Assembly: GCA_034667725.1 (NCBI GenBank)
Contig: JAXDQS010000003.1
Coordinates: 160,001-224,000 of the forward strand
Length of the DNA: 64,000 nt
Direction: 5' to 3'
Source: Thermoplasmata archaeon
GTDB taxonomy: Archaea; Thermoplasmatota; E2; JACPAO01; JAHFTW01
Below, one piece after another: positions 1-8,685 of the stretch. The stretch's first letter is position 1; each line of letters begins with the position of its first letter. The translations under genes were made by a program, and so were the position numbers. The notes beneath the pieces are model-generated. The model did not search any database and had not been told where the DNA came from. It worked only from the letters and a program-made list of their open reading frames with translations.

Positions 1-1
1 C

Positions 2-655
2 GTGGGCTTCTGGGACCTGGCGACCACCATCCGGTCCCGCTGGAGCCTGCTTGCGTTCGTCCTTGCGGCCGACGTCGCGGGGATGCTGTTCGGGTGGTTC
101 TACTACTACGAGGTCGGCCAGTTCGACCCGGCGTCGCAGCACTACACGCAGCCCTATTGGTGGCCGTTGGTGTCGGACTCGCCGAACGCGGTGCTGCTGT
201 TCTTCGTCGCGGCGCTGGCGTACAAGCTCACGGGCTGGCGCAACAAGTGGCTCGACGTGTTCGCGCTCACCCTCAACGCCTACGTCGGCGCCTGGACGAC
301 GCTGCTGTTCCTGTCCTACCCCGAGCGGATGGGGACGTTCGACTGGGGCTCGGCCAATAGCATCCTGTTCGTGACCCACATGGGGATGCCGCTGCAGGGC
401 CTGCTTCTGGTCCCGCAGATGCGGCGCGACCGTTGGCGCCTCTGGGAAGTCGGCGTCGTGCTGGCGGCGCTCGCGGCGTTCGTCGCCGTCGACTATTGGG
501 GCCCGCATCTCCATCCGGCGCCGTTCCTGCATCCCAACGACGGGGTGCTGCACGCCTGGAGCCCGTGGCTCATGGTGGCGGCGGCCGGCTTGTGGCTCTT
601 GCTACAGCGCGTGGGTCGTGAGGAACGGCCGGACGGCGGCCGCGGGGTCCGCTGA
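2..655 (+). CDS. DUF1405-like integral membrane protein
   Basis: Multi-TM ORF with W-P-L-V-S-DSP and THMGM motifs typical of DUF1405; start lies at the window edge. Confidence 0.65.
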   Translation: MGFWDLATTIRSRWSLLAFVLAADVAGMLFGWFYYYEVGQFDPASQHYTQPYWWPLVSDSPNAVLLFFVAALAYKLTGWRNKWLDVFALTLNAYVGAWTTLLFLSYPERMGTFDWGSANSILFVTHMGMPLQGLLLVPQMRRDRWRLWEVGVVLAALAAFVAVDYWGPHLHPAPFLHPNDGVLHAWSPWLMVAAAGLWLLLQRVGREERPDGGRGVR

Positions 656-2749
656 CACCACGGTCGGCGCGTCGGGCAGGAGGCTGCGGTACGGCGGCCC
701 CGCGTAGCGCTCGTCCAACAGCAGGATGGCGCACTTGTCGACGGGCCCGCGGATGGCGCGCCCCATCGCCTGGAGGACCTTGTTCATCGCCGGGTAGGTG
801 TAGCCGTAGGCGCGGCCCATGCCGGGGAAGCGCGCCTCCAGGTAGCCGATGGCGGCCTCCACCTCCAGGTCGGGCGGGGCCAGCGGCAGGCCCGCGACCG
901 CCACGACGGACAACAGGTTGTCGCGGAAGTCGACGCCCTCCGAGAACGAGCCGCCCAGGACGCCGAGCAGGATGGCGCCGCCCTTGCCGCGCCACGACTC
1001 CAGTTGGTCGAGCACCTCGTCGCGCTCGCGCTTGCCCCAGGCCGGATCCTCCAGGATCAGCTCCTTCACCACGCCGCTGGCCTCCAGCGCGTCGCGCAGG
1101 TCGCGCAGGATGGCGTAGCTGGGCGCGAACACCGCCAGGTTGCCGCGCGTCGCGCTCGCGGTCTCCTGCAAGATCGTCGCCATGCGGGTCCACAGCTCGG
1201 GGCCGCGGCTGGCGAAGCGGGTGGTGAAGCCCTGCGCGATGGCGACCAGGCGGTGCTCCGGCGGGAACGGGCTCGGGTAGGTGCGCACCGTCGTGCGCGC
1301 CGAGTCGAGGCCCAAGAGGTCGCGGGCCATCTCGGGCGGCCGCAGCGTGCCCGACATCAGGATGGCGCTGTGGACGCGCTGGAACACCGTCTTGGCCGGG
1401 ATGGCGGCGTCGAGCAGGCGGACGTTCAGGGTCGGGCTGCCGGCGTCCTCCCACTCCAGGTAGCGCAGCGCGCCGCTCGCGAACCGCCCCCAGTCCTCCA
1501 AGGCCTCCGCCAGCTCCTCGGCGTGGACGACGCTGTCGGTGCCCTTGCGGACCTGTGCCGCCAGTTGCTGCAAGCCCTTGACGGCGTCCTCCAAAGTGCG
1601 ATGCAGGCCGAGGATGCGGTTGCGCTCGGCCTCGAACGCGATCGGCAGCGCCTCGATGGGCAGCTTCGCGACCCGGGCCGTGCCGCCGCCCAGCTTCGCC
1701 TCCTGGTCGCTGTTCGACCGGAGCGCCTGCTGCGCCAGGACGCCGAGCGCGTTCCGGAGGGCGCCGAGGTCCGCCTCGACGTCGCGGGCCTTGTGGGCAC
1801 GCGCCTCCGAGCCCACCTGGTCGAGGAGGAACGGCGTCACGCGGTGGCTGTGGCTCGCCCGGATCCGGTCGGGCAGGTTGTGCGCCTCGTCCACGATGAG
1901 GATGCAGTCCGCGAGCGTCAGGCCGAGGCGCTCCAGCGACTGCTCGCGGATGTCGCTGAACAGGTGGTTGTAGTCCGCGACCACCACCTTCGCCTCCTTC
2001 GCCGCCGTCAGCGCCACCAAATGGGGGCAAAGCTGGGCCTGCCGCGCCACGTGCATCAGCTCCGTCACGTGCAGCACGCCCTCCCGGACGCGGCGCAACG
2101 TGTCGCCGTCCACCTCGCCGAGGAACTTGCACGACTTGGTGCGGGTCTCGGTGGCGCAGAAGTCGCCGAACCGCCCAGGATGCAGGTCCTGCGCCTCCGC
2201 CCGCAGGCACATGTCGCGCTTCGACACGAGGTCCACCACGCCAAAGCTCGCGCCGCGCCGGTCGCGCACCGTCCGCAGCGTCTCGACGGCGATGCGGTGC
2301 TGGCTCTGCCGGCTCGTCAAGAACAGCACGGTCTTGCCGGAGGCGATCGCGAACTGGAGCGCCGGCGCCAGGCTCGCCGCCGTCTTGCCGATGCCCGTCG
2401 GCGCCTGCGCCACCAAGTGCTTGCCAGCCTGCACGGCGAGCGTCACGTCCCGCGTCAGGCGACGCTGCCCGTCGCGAATCTCGTCGTACGGGAACAGGCC
2501 AAGCTGCGGATGCAGCTGGCCGCCGAAGCTCGGCCGGTACGTGCTGGCCTGCGGCTGCAGCGGCGGCTCGACGCCGCCAGCGGCGGCGGCCGGCACCCCG
2601 CCGAGGCCCTGCTGGCCGGCGGCAAGTGCTATGCGCCGGCCGCCCGCGAGCACCGTGCGCGCCTTGCCCTGCGTCGTGCAGCGGATGCACAGCATGGCGC
2701 CGCGCGTGGGCCGCATCAGCCCCCGGCACGTCGGGCAGTAGGTCGCCAC
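602..2749 (-). CDS. xpd: XPD/Rad3 (DinG family) Fe-S ATP-dependent DNA helicase with N-terminal Zn-ribbon
   Basis: APTGIGKT Walker A, DEAH, four Fe-S Cys (DMC...DFC...SCKF...LCPH), SGTL, QAMGRAIR; N-terminal CPTC...CIRC. Confidence 0.9.
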   Translation of the reverse strand: MATYCPTCRGLMRPTRGAMLCIRCTTQGKARTVLAGGRRIALAAGQQGLGGVPAAAAGGVEPPLQPQASTYRPSFGGQLHPQLGLFPYDEIRDGQRRLTRDVTLAVQAGKHLVAQAPTGIGKTAASLAPALQFAIASGKTVLFLTSRQSQHRIAVETLRTVRDRRGASFGVVDLVSKRDMCLRAEAQDLHPGRFGDFCATETRTKSCKFLGEVDGDTLRRVREGVLHVTELMHVARQAQLCPHLVALTAAKEAKVVVADYNHLFSDIREQSLERLGLTLADCILIVDEAHNLPDRIRASHSHRVTPFLLDQVGSEARAHKARDVEADLGALRNALGVLAQQALRSNSDQEAKLGGGTARVAKLPIEALPIAFEAERNRILGLHRTLEDAVKGLQQLAAQVRKGTDSVVHAEELAEALEDWGRFASGALRYLEWEDAGSPTLNVRLLDAAIPAKTVFQRVHSAILMSGTLRPPEMARDLLGLDSARTTVRTYPSPFPPEHRLVAIAQGFTTRFASRGPELWTRMATILQETASATRGNLAVFAPSYAILRDLRDALEASGVVKELILEDPAWGKRERDEVLDQLESWRGKGGAILLGVLGGSFSEGVDFRDNLLSVVAVAGLPLAPPDLEVEAAIGYLEARFPGMGRAYGYTYPAMNKVLQAMGRAIRGPVDKCAILLLDERYAGPPYRSLLPDAPTVVSADPAAAVRPFLTTHAL

Positions 2750-2758
2750 CGGCGCCCC

Positions 2759-2821
2759 TCAGGCCGCGACGGGGCCGTCGACCAGGACCACCAGGAAGGC
2801 GACAGGAAGAAGCACGCGCAT
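2759..2821 (-). CDS. possible 20-aa hydrophobic leader peptide upstream of xpd
   Basis: ATG 23-28 nt downstream of a CTTATC box (2844-2849); MRVLLPVAFLVVLVDGPVAA*; stop lies 9 nt before the xpd GTG. Confidence 0.3.
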   Translation of the reverse strand: MRVLLPVAFLVVLVDGPVAA

Positions 2822-2879
2822 GGCCGAAGCGACTTGCGCGCCGGATAAGGGCTTTGTCGCACGAGGCGCAGGCGGCGCG

Positions 2880-3173
2880 TCAGCGCGCGTCCTGGCTGGC
2901 GCGCATCTCCCGCGCCACCTTGTCCAGCACCGCTTCCTTGCTGCCGTCGCGCGCCACCCGCACGCAGCCCGCCTTCTCCCACGGCTTGGCCGGGTCGCGG
3001 GCCGCCTCGTCCACCTCAGGGTCGAGCTTGACGCGCGCCGCCGCCGTCTCGATCCACCGGGCGTCTGGGTCCTTGACGGCGAGGGCCACGGGGACGCGAC
3101 GGCCCTCCGCGCGGCTGCGGCGCGCATCGAAATAGCGCGGCCACAGGACGAAGCGCTCGTCGCCCTTGGGCAT
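2880..3173 (-). CDS. srp19: signal recognition particle protein SRP19
   Basis: VLWPRYFDARRSRAEGRRVP...AVKDP signature. Confidence 0.92.
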   Translation of the reverse strand: MPKGDERFVLWPRYFDARRSRAEGRRVPVALAVKDPDARWIETAAARVKLDPEVDEAARDPAKPWEKAGCVRVARDGSKEAVLDKVAREMRASQDAR

Positions 3174-3183
3174 GAAAAACCCC

Positions 3184-3564
3184 TTACGCGACCTTGACGC
3201 CGTTCAGCGCGCCGGACTGGCCGGGGCGCGACGTGACCTTGACCTTGCCGACGTCGGTGTCCACGACGGCGCCCTTGGTCAGGATGTTGCGGCGCACGTA
3301 GTGGATGTTGGCGCCGTTCTCGGTCACCGTCTTGATGGTGGCCTTCGACGCCTTGCCCGTCTTCGGGTCGGTGACGTTGATGAAGTCCGTCGCCAGCAGC
3401 TTGACCTTCTGGCCGGCGCCCTTGGTGCGGATGAGCTTCTGGGTGTGCTCGCCCAGCTTGGTCTCGGCGTCCTCGGGGGCGACCTCGAAGCGGCGCTTCT
3501 TGCGGCCCGCGATGAGGCGGCCACCGGTCGGCTTGCGGACAGAGGTGCCTTGCCAGAGGGACAT
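3184..3564 (-). CDS. rps8e: 30S ribosomal protein S8e
   Basis: MSLWQG..RKPTGG...RKKRRFE; RRNILTKGAVV; VTSRPGQSG.LNG. Confidence 0.96.
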   Translation of the reverse strand: MSLWQGTSVRKPTGGRLIAGRKKRRFEVAPEDAETKLGEHTQKLIRTKGAGQKVKLLATDFINVTDPKTGKASKATIKTVTENGANIHYVRRNILTKGAVVDTDVGKVKVTSRPGQSGALNGVKVA

Positions 3565-3695
3565 GGACGGGACTCCTTGGAGTAGGCTGCGCGACAGGGC
3601 GGGGGTATAAATGCGTGATGTTGGGCCAAATAGAGGCGGACGCGGGCTGGACGACCCTCCGGCCTTTTGATGCGCGCAGATTTCCAAAAACCAGG

Positions 3696-4793
3696 ATGGC
3701 GGAGAAGGTAAGCCATTGGGCGCGCGACGCCTCCTTGATCGTCGCTGGGGCGACGGTCCTGGTGTACCTAGTGGGATACTTCCGCACTACGGCATACTAT
3801 TCCCAGTTGGGAGTTCCCGCCGAGGAGTTGCCTTTTGACCTCCCCGCCTACATGGTGAAAAGCACGCCCGTCCTAGTCCTGCCCGTCTTCACGTCGTTCT
3901 TGGCTTTGATGGCCAATGTCCTCGGTCGCGAGATTGGGCGGCGCCATTCACGTCTGGTTGCCGCTCGGGAGCCGCAAGCTGGCGCCACGCCGGAAGCGAG
4001 CCCCCCTTTCCCGCCCAACGATGAGCGCCCCCTCCGCGTCGGACTCCATCCGGAAACAGTGGCGCTGATTCTGGTGGTTGGATTCTTTCTCTACGAGGCG
4101 CTGCCCGGCCGAAAGAGTGCCATGGGGGTGTGGGACCAGGGATGGCTTTACTCGGTAGGAATCACGATTCTCGTTTTCGTTCTCGCGTGGCGGTCGAAAC
4201 GGACCGGCCTTGAGCCTCCCTTGCAAGCACGCGTTCCCACATTCCCTTCATGGTTCAAGCGATGGCACAAGCCGTGGTTCATGACCGCCCTGAAGGCGAT
4301 CTTTGCGCTTGGGTTGCTGGGCGTCATCTGGTGGATTGGTGAGTTCTGGACTGCGGTGTTCAGCACATTGGGCGCGGTGTTCGCCCTGCTGCTGGGCGCC
4401 CTTCAGCTTTGGCTCCAGCGGCGGCGCTCGGAAAAGCCTCCAAAGTTCCCCGGGCATGGATACGGGTCGCGAGTCGCGCCACACGCCCAGAAGCTAGGGC
4501 GGTCCTATTTCGCGTTCGTCGCCGCGTATTTCCTCATCGTCGTGGCCATTCTGCAAGGGCTCCACGTTGGCCAGTCTGCCGCGGGCGGCTGCGAATCGGC
4601 GCACGTCATTGCCTTCGACCCTCAGCCTGCGAACTTGGATTCGAATCGAACCTACTGGCTCGTCCTTCATGCGAACTCGAACTACTACCTGCGCGACGTG
4701 GCCGAGAAACCCGACAACAAGACTGTCCATCTCGTCCCGGACAATCAGTTCGCGGCGACGATGTCGGGCGCGAAGGCGATCCGCGACTGCTAG
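3696..4793 (+). CDS. hypothetical multi-pass membrane protein, atypical (lower-GC) codon usage
   Basis: 365-aa ORF with several TM segments and a C-terminal soluble domain; many A/T third positions. Confidence 0.7.
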   Translation: MAEKVSHWARDASLIVAGATVLVYLVGYFRTTAYYSQLGVPAEELPFDLPAYMVKSTPVLVLPVFTSFLALMANVLGREIGRRHSRLVAAREPQAGATPEASPPFPPNDERPLRVGLHPETVALILVVGFFLYEALPGRKSAMGVWDQGWLYSVGITILVFVLAWRSKRTGLEPPLQARVPTFPSWFKRWHKPWFMTALKAIFALGLLGVIWWIGEFWTAVFSTLGAVFALLLGALQLWLQRRRSEKPPKFPGHGYGSRVAPHAQKLGRSYFAFVAAYFLIVVAILQGLHVGQSAAGGCESAHVIAFDPQPANLDSNRTYWLVLHANSNYYLRDVAEKPDNKTVHLVPDNQFAATMSGAKAIRDC

Positions 4794-5359
4794 GCGGGCT
4801 TGGGCTTGCCGGGCTCGGGCTCCCCATTGACCGCCCGCACCCTGCCGTTCTCGTTGTCGTACAGCAGTCCGACGACCTCGAGGCCCTTCGGCATCAAGGG
4901 GTGGTTGCGGATCAGTTGCACGCTGCGGCGGACGTTCTCCTCGGCGTCGGCGAAGCCGCCCAGCCATCGTTGGAAATCCGGGCGCATCGCTTCGTGCAAG
5001 GGGACGTCCGTGCTGGCGGCGATGCTCTTGGCGATGCGGAACTCGCCGCGGCCGACCAGGGTCATGCCACACTTGGTGTGGCCCAGGATCGCGATGTTCC
5101 GGACGCCCAGGAGGTGCACGGCGACGACCAGGCTGCGCAGCGTCCCGTCGTCCAGCAGGTTGCCGGCGTTGCGGACGACCTTGGCGTCGCCGTGGCGGAG
5201 GCCGAGCACTTTCTCGACGTTGTGGCGGGTGTCCATGCAGGCGACGACGGCGAGTTTCAGGGCGGGCGGGGTGGCCAGGTCGCGGTCGGCGGGGTCCCAG
5301 TCTTGGGCGACGTAGGCGCGGTTGCCCTCCAGCAGCTGGTCGAGGATGGGTCGGTCCAC
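4790..5359 (-). CDS. beta-class carbonic anhydrase
   Basis: VACMDTR, RNAGN and GHTKCGM zinc-ligand motifs; GTG start inferred. Confidence 0.92.
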   Translation of the reverse strand: MDRPILDQLLEGNRAYVAQDWDPADRDLATPPALKLAVVACMDTRHNVEKVLGLRHGDAKVVRNAGNLLDDGTLRSLVVAVHLLGVRNIAILGHTKCGMTLVGRGEFRIAKSIAASTDVPLHEAMRPDFQRWLGGFADAEENVRRSVQLIRNHPLMPKGLEVVGLLYDNENGRVRAVNGEPEPGKPKPA

Positions 5360-5451
5360 GCGCGGGCCCAGGCGCGGGCGGGCAAGAGGGTTGCGCTGGC
5401 GGGGCCGAGGGTTTTCGGCAAGCCTATCCGCGAGGGGCCGGTTTGGGTGCC

Positions 5452-5670
5452 ATGGCTGCCAAGAAGGCCTCCAGGAAGACGGCAAAGAAGGCCACCCGCA
5501 AGACGGCGAAGAAGGCGCTGTCCAAGAAGCAGGTGGCGCAGCGCAAGTACGCGGGCGCCATGTCGGGCATCCGCAAGCGCGCCGCCACGGCCAAGGGCGG
5601 CAAGGGCCGGGTCAAGAAGCGGGCGGCGGCGACGGGGCTGCGGCGCAAGCTGGGCCTGAAGTCCGCGTGA
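5452..5670 (+). CDS. small Lys/Ala/Arg-rich basic protein (histone H1-like low complexity)
   Basis: AAKKASRKTAKKATRKTAKK repeats; host-like codon usage (AAG/GCC). Confidence 0.7.
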   Translation: MAAKKASRKTAKKATRKTAKKALSKKQVAQRKYAGAMSGIRKRAATAKGGKGRVKKRAAATGLRRKLGLKSA

Positions 5671-5719
5671 GGCGGCCCGGTTCGGCACCGGCTTCAAGGA
5701 GCGGGGCGAAACCTAGGGC

Positions 5720-6103
5720 ATGACGCAGAACGTCGAGGGCCGGGGCGCGGCCGTGAAGAAGCCTGCCAAGAACGATTGGGGCAAGGGCGACGCCGAGGAG
5801 CATGGCCTCAAGGAGTGGGGCCAGGGCCGGCCGCTGTTCGGGGCGGGCGGCATGAAGCCGGCGGAGGGCAAGCTGGCTGAACACTACGAGAAGGGGGAGG
5901 GCAGCGTGTTCCGGGGCGCGGAGGACCTGAAGGCGAAGACCGGGATGGGCCGGGAGCACGTCCAGCGCAACAAGGGGGACGACAGCCTGGAGGCGGAGAA
6001 GGAGGGCGGGGTCGCGCGCATGGACACGGAGAAGGAAGGGATCGGCGGCGATCCTGGGAAGCGCAGCGACGGCAAGGTCCGCCGCAAGGGCGCGGACGCG
6101 TAG
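5720..6103 (+). CDS. hydrophilic Gly/Glu/Lys-rich protein (hydrophilin-like)
   Basis: 127-aa ORF, strongly charged and Gly-rich, host-like codon bias. Confidence 0.65.
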   Translation: MTQNVEGRGAAVKKPAKNDWGKGDAEEHGLKEWGQGRPLFGAGGMKPAEGKLAEHYEKGEGSVFRGAEDLKAKTGMGREHVQRNKGDDSLEAEKEGGVARMDTEKEGIGGDPGKRSDGKVRRKGADA

Positions 6104-6325
6104 GGTCGCGGTTTCCGCGGTGCGTCCCCGATTCGCCGGCGGCAGCGTCGCCCCCCGCATCCCTGGCCTTGAGGCCGCGGCGCCGCGGAACTGCGCAAGG
6201 CCTGGCGCTTTGGCCGCGGAAGGCGCGGGCCGGCAAACGGGCGCCTCGGGTGCGGTATAAGCCTTGGGGTCGCGGATGCCGCGGAAGGGCTGCTTTTGAC
6301 CAACGGGCTGCTGTCGTCAACTCCC

Positions 6326-6883
6326 ATGGTCAGCAACACCAACCAAGGCAACAACCAGGGCAAGAAGACCGGCAAGGAGTCCGAGGAGTTCTCGAAGACC
6401 GGCACCCAGGGCGGCCAGAACGTCCAGAAGGGCAACGTCGGCGGCAACATCCAGGGCGGCCAGGGTGGCAACATCCAGGGCGGCCAGGGTGGCGGCTACG
6501 GCCAGCAGGGCGGCCAGGGCGGCCTCCAGGGCCAGTCCGGCGGCTCGCAGCTCCAGAAGGGCGTCGGCGGCCAGGGCGGCACCCAGGGCGGACAGTCCTG
6601 GGGCGGCCAGGGCACCCAGGGCGGCCAGAACTACTCCGGCGGCCAGGGCGGCGGCCAGAACTTCGGGGGCCAGGGTGGCAACCTGAAGGGCAACCTCCCC
6701 ACGCCGTCGGGCAAGACGACCGGGATGAAGGAAGACCTGGCCAGCGAGGACGTTGGCGAGGACGTCGAGGAGGACATCGAGTCCGGCGAGGAGGAGACCT
6801 CGTACGGCACCGGCGGCAAGCCCAGCGGCAACACCGGCTCCGGCAAGGACAACAAGAACAAGGGCAAGTCCGGCGGCATCTAG
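6326..6883 (+). CDS. Gly/Gln/Asn-rich low-complexity repeat protein with acidic C-terminal patch
   Basis: QGGQGG repeats including tandem GNIQGGQG units; EDVGEDVEEDIESGEEE; strong host codon bias. Confidence 0.75.
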   Translation: MVSNTNQGNNQGKKTGKESEEFSKTGTQGGQNVQKGNVGGNIQGGQGGNIQGGQGGGYGQQGGQGGLQGQSGGSQLQKGVGGQGGTQGGQSWGGQGTQGGQNYSGGQGGGQNFGGQGGNLKGNLPTPSGKTTGMKEDLASEDVGEDVEEDIESGEEETSYGTGGKPSGNTGSGKDNKNKGKSGGI

Positions 6884-6907
6884 GCCGGTCCAAGGTCCTG
6901 GGTCCAC

Positions 6908-6956
6908 ACCTCTTCCCGCTCTTTCCCTCTCTCCTCCCCCTATTCTCCCTCCTGTT
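6908..6956 (+). terminator. pyrimidine-rich tract between convergent genes (possible terminator)
   Basis: Almost pure C/T run (cctcttcccgctctttccctctctcctccccctattctccctcc) after the stop codon. Confidence 0.35.
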
Positions 6957-7637
6957 CTAGTCCCCCAAGTGCCGAGCGACGAGCTTGCCCACGGCCCGCC
7001 TGATCCGGTAGCTCGCAGCGCTTGGGCTGAGGCCGGCGGCCGCGGCGACCTCGCGCACGTCGGCGCGGCCCGGCACCTCGAAGTAGCCGAGGCCGGCGGC
7101 CTGGCGCAGGGTCGCCTCCTCCGCCGGCGTGAGCGCCGCGGCGGCCTCGTCGCGCGGCGGGCCGAGGTACAGCAGCTCCAGGCCAGGCTCCAGCTCGCGC
7201 ACGGCCTTGAGGTAGCCGGCGACGGCGCCGGCGCGCCGGGCCAGGAGGCGCACCGTCAGGACGCCGGCGCGCGTCGAGTCGGTCACCACCGTGTCGCGGC
7301 CGAGCATCCGGAACGCCAGCGCGGTGTGGCTGGGCCGGCCGCGCGCGACCTGGGCGCGGTACTTGTACCACAGGATGAGGCGCTGCGGCGTGCGCGCCTG
7401 CACCTCCTTCTCGACCACGTGCGGCGGGTCGTAGGCGGCGAACGCCGCGGCGGCGGCCTCGACGCCGGCCTGGTCGCCGTGGACGTCGAGGACGCGCCAC
7501 ACCATGCCGTCGTCGTCGAGGTGGGCGACGGTGGTGTCGATGGCTAGCGTGGGGGACGCGCGCGACAGCAGGAACGGCAGCTGGCGCACGGGGCCGCCGG
7601 GGTCGTGCAGGCGGTAGTGCAGGGCGCGCGTGGGCAC
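6957..7637 (-). CDS. bacterio-opsin activator-type (HTH-10) transcriptional regulator
   Basis: C-terminal LTPAEEATLRQAAGLGYFEVPGRADVREVAAAAGLS; GTG start inferred. Confidence 0.8.
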   Translation of the reverse strand: MPTRALHYRLHDPGGPVRQLPFLLSRASPTLAIDTTVAHLDDDGMVWRVLDVHGDQAGVEAAAAAFAAYDPPHVVEKEVQARTPQRLILWYKYRAQVARGRPSHTALAFRMLGRDTVVTDSTRAGVLTVRLLARRAGAVAGYLKAVRELEPGLELLYLGPPRDEAAAALTPAEEATLRQAAGLGYFEVPGRADVREVAAAAGLSPSAASYRIRRAVGKLVARHLGD

Positions 7638-7684
7638 GAGGCGGCCAGGAGGAAGGGGGACTTGAGGTTGCACCTGTGCAAGCC

Positions 7685-8215
7685 CTAAGCCGGCGGCGCC
7701 TGCTCGCTCAAGGCCGCCAAGTTGTCGAGGCTCTGGCTCCAGCCGTAGGGGGCGCCCTCGGCTGCGGGGCCTTTCGGGATTCCAGATTGGACGATGGTGA
7801 CCTCGGTGCCGCCCGCGACCGGCTTGAGGTCGATGGTGACGGTCATCTCGCCCTCGCCGAAGGCGGGGTCCTCGAAGCAGTCGGTGTGGACGATGCGCTT
7901 GCCGGGGACGAGCTCCTTGTAGGCGCCGCCGAAGAAGTGGGTGAACTTGCGGTCGAGGGTGCTGAAGCTCATGCGGAACGTGCCGCCGACCTTGGGCTCC
8001 ATCTTGTGGACGTGGCCGGTGAAGCCGTGCGGCGGCAGCCACTTGGCGTAGGCGTCGGGGTCGACGAAGCAGGCGTAGACCCGGTCGGCGGGCGCCTTGA
8101 GGACGCGCACGAGGCGCAGCGTCGTGGTGCCGTCGGCGGCGTGCGTCACGGTGGCGTGGGTGGCGCCGAGGGTCAGGGTCTTGCTGTCGGGCTTGCTGGT
8201 GGTGGTCTTGGTCAT
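7685..8215 (-). CDS. SRPBCC/AHSA1-like ligand-binding protein
   Basis: RVLKAPADRVY.CFVDP...KWLPP; VGGTFRMSF; GWSQSLDNL. Confidence 0.88.
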   Translation of the reverse strand: MTKTTTSKPDSKTLTLGATHATVTHAADGTTTLRLVRVLKAPADRVYACFVDPDAYAKWLPPHGFTGHVHKMEPKVGGTFRMSFSTLDRKFTHFFGGAYKELVPGKRIVHTDCFEDPAFGEGEMTVTIDLKPVAGGTEVTIVQSGIPKGPAAEGAPYGWSQSLDNLAALSEQAPPA

Positions 8216-8219
8216 GGGT

Positions 8220-8579
8220 TCACTTCTTTCGGTGGGGTTTGGCGGGCTTCTCCAGGTGGCGGGCCATGGCGTCCAGGGCGTCCTCCCAGAACAGCCGGTA
8301 CTGGACAAGCCAGCCGAAGGCGGACGACAGCGGCGCGGCCTGCAGGTTGCAGCGCCGCACGCGGCCGTCCGGCGTCTGCCGCAGCAGCCCGGCCTGCTCG
8401 AGCACCCGCAGGTGCTTCGAGATGGCCGGCGGCGAGACGGCGTGCGGGGCGGCGAGGTCGCCGACCGTGCATTCCCCCTCGGCCAACTGCGCCAGCATGG
8501 CGCGGCGAATGGGGTGGGCAAGGGCCGCGAACACCGCGTCCAGGTCCACGCCGCCATTCTTCACCATCGGGTTAACCAT
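8220..8579 (-). CDS. ArsR/SmtB family transcriptional regulator
   Basis: LDAVFAALAHPIRRAML...SPPAISKHLRVLEQAGL...GRVRRC; typical partner of SRPBCC genes; start may be 8567. Confidence 0.9.
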   Translation of the reverse strand: MVNPMVKNGGVDLDAVFAALAHPIRRAMLAQLAEGECTVGDLAAPHAVSPPAISKHLRVLEQAGLLRQTPDGRVRRCNLQAAPLSSAFGWLVQYRLFWEDALDAMARHLEKPAKPHRKK

Positions 8580-8610
8580 AGGCGCCCCCATCATTTAACC
8601 ATTTGGTGAA
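8560..8610. promoter_or_regulatory. two imperfect palindromes, probable ArsR auto-operator
   Basis: TTCACCATCGGGTTAA (8560-8575) and TTAACCATTTGGTGAA (8595-8610) overlap the ArsR start and promoter. Confidence 0.6.
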
Positions 8611-8685
8611 CAATCCCTCGTGGGTTGCACCTGTGCGAAGCATGGCTCTTATCGCCTGCCCGGCTCGGTGGCCCCGAGGCCCTCC

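Noticed and set aside
6104-6325. GC-rich intergenic region as SRP RNA or another ncRNA (SRP19 is nearby)
   Set aside because: No recognisable SRP helix 8 or helix 6 consensus; hairpins are expected by chance at this GC
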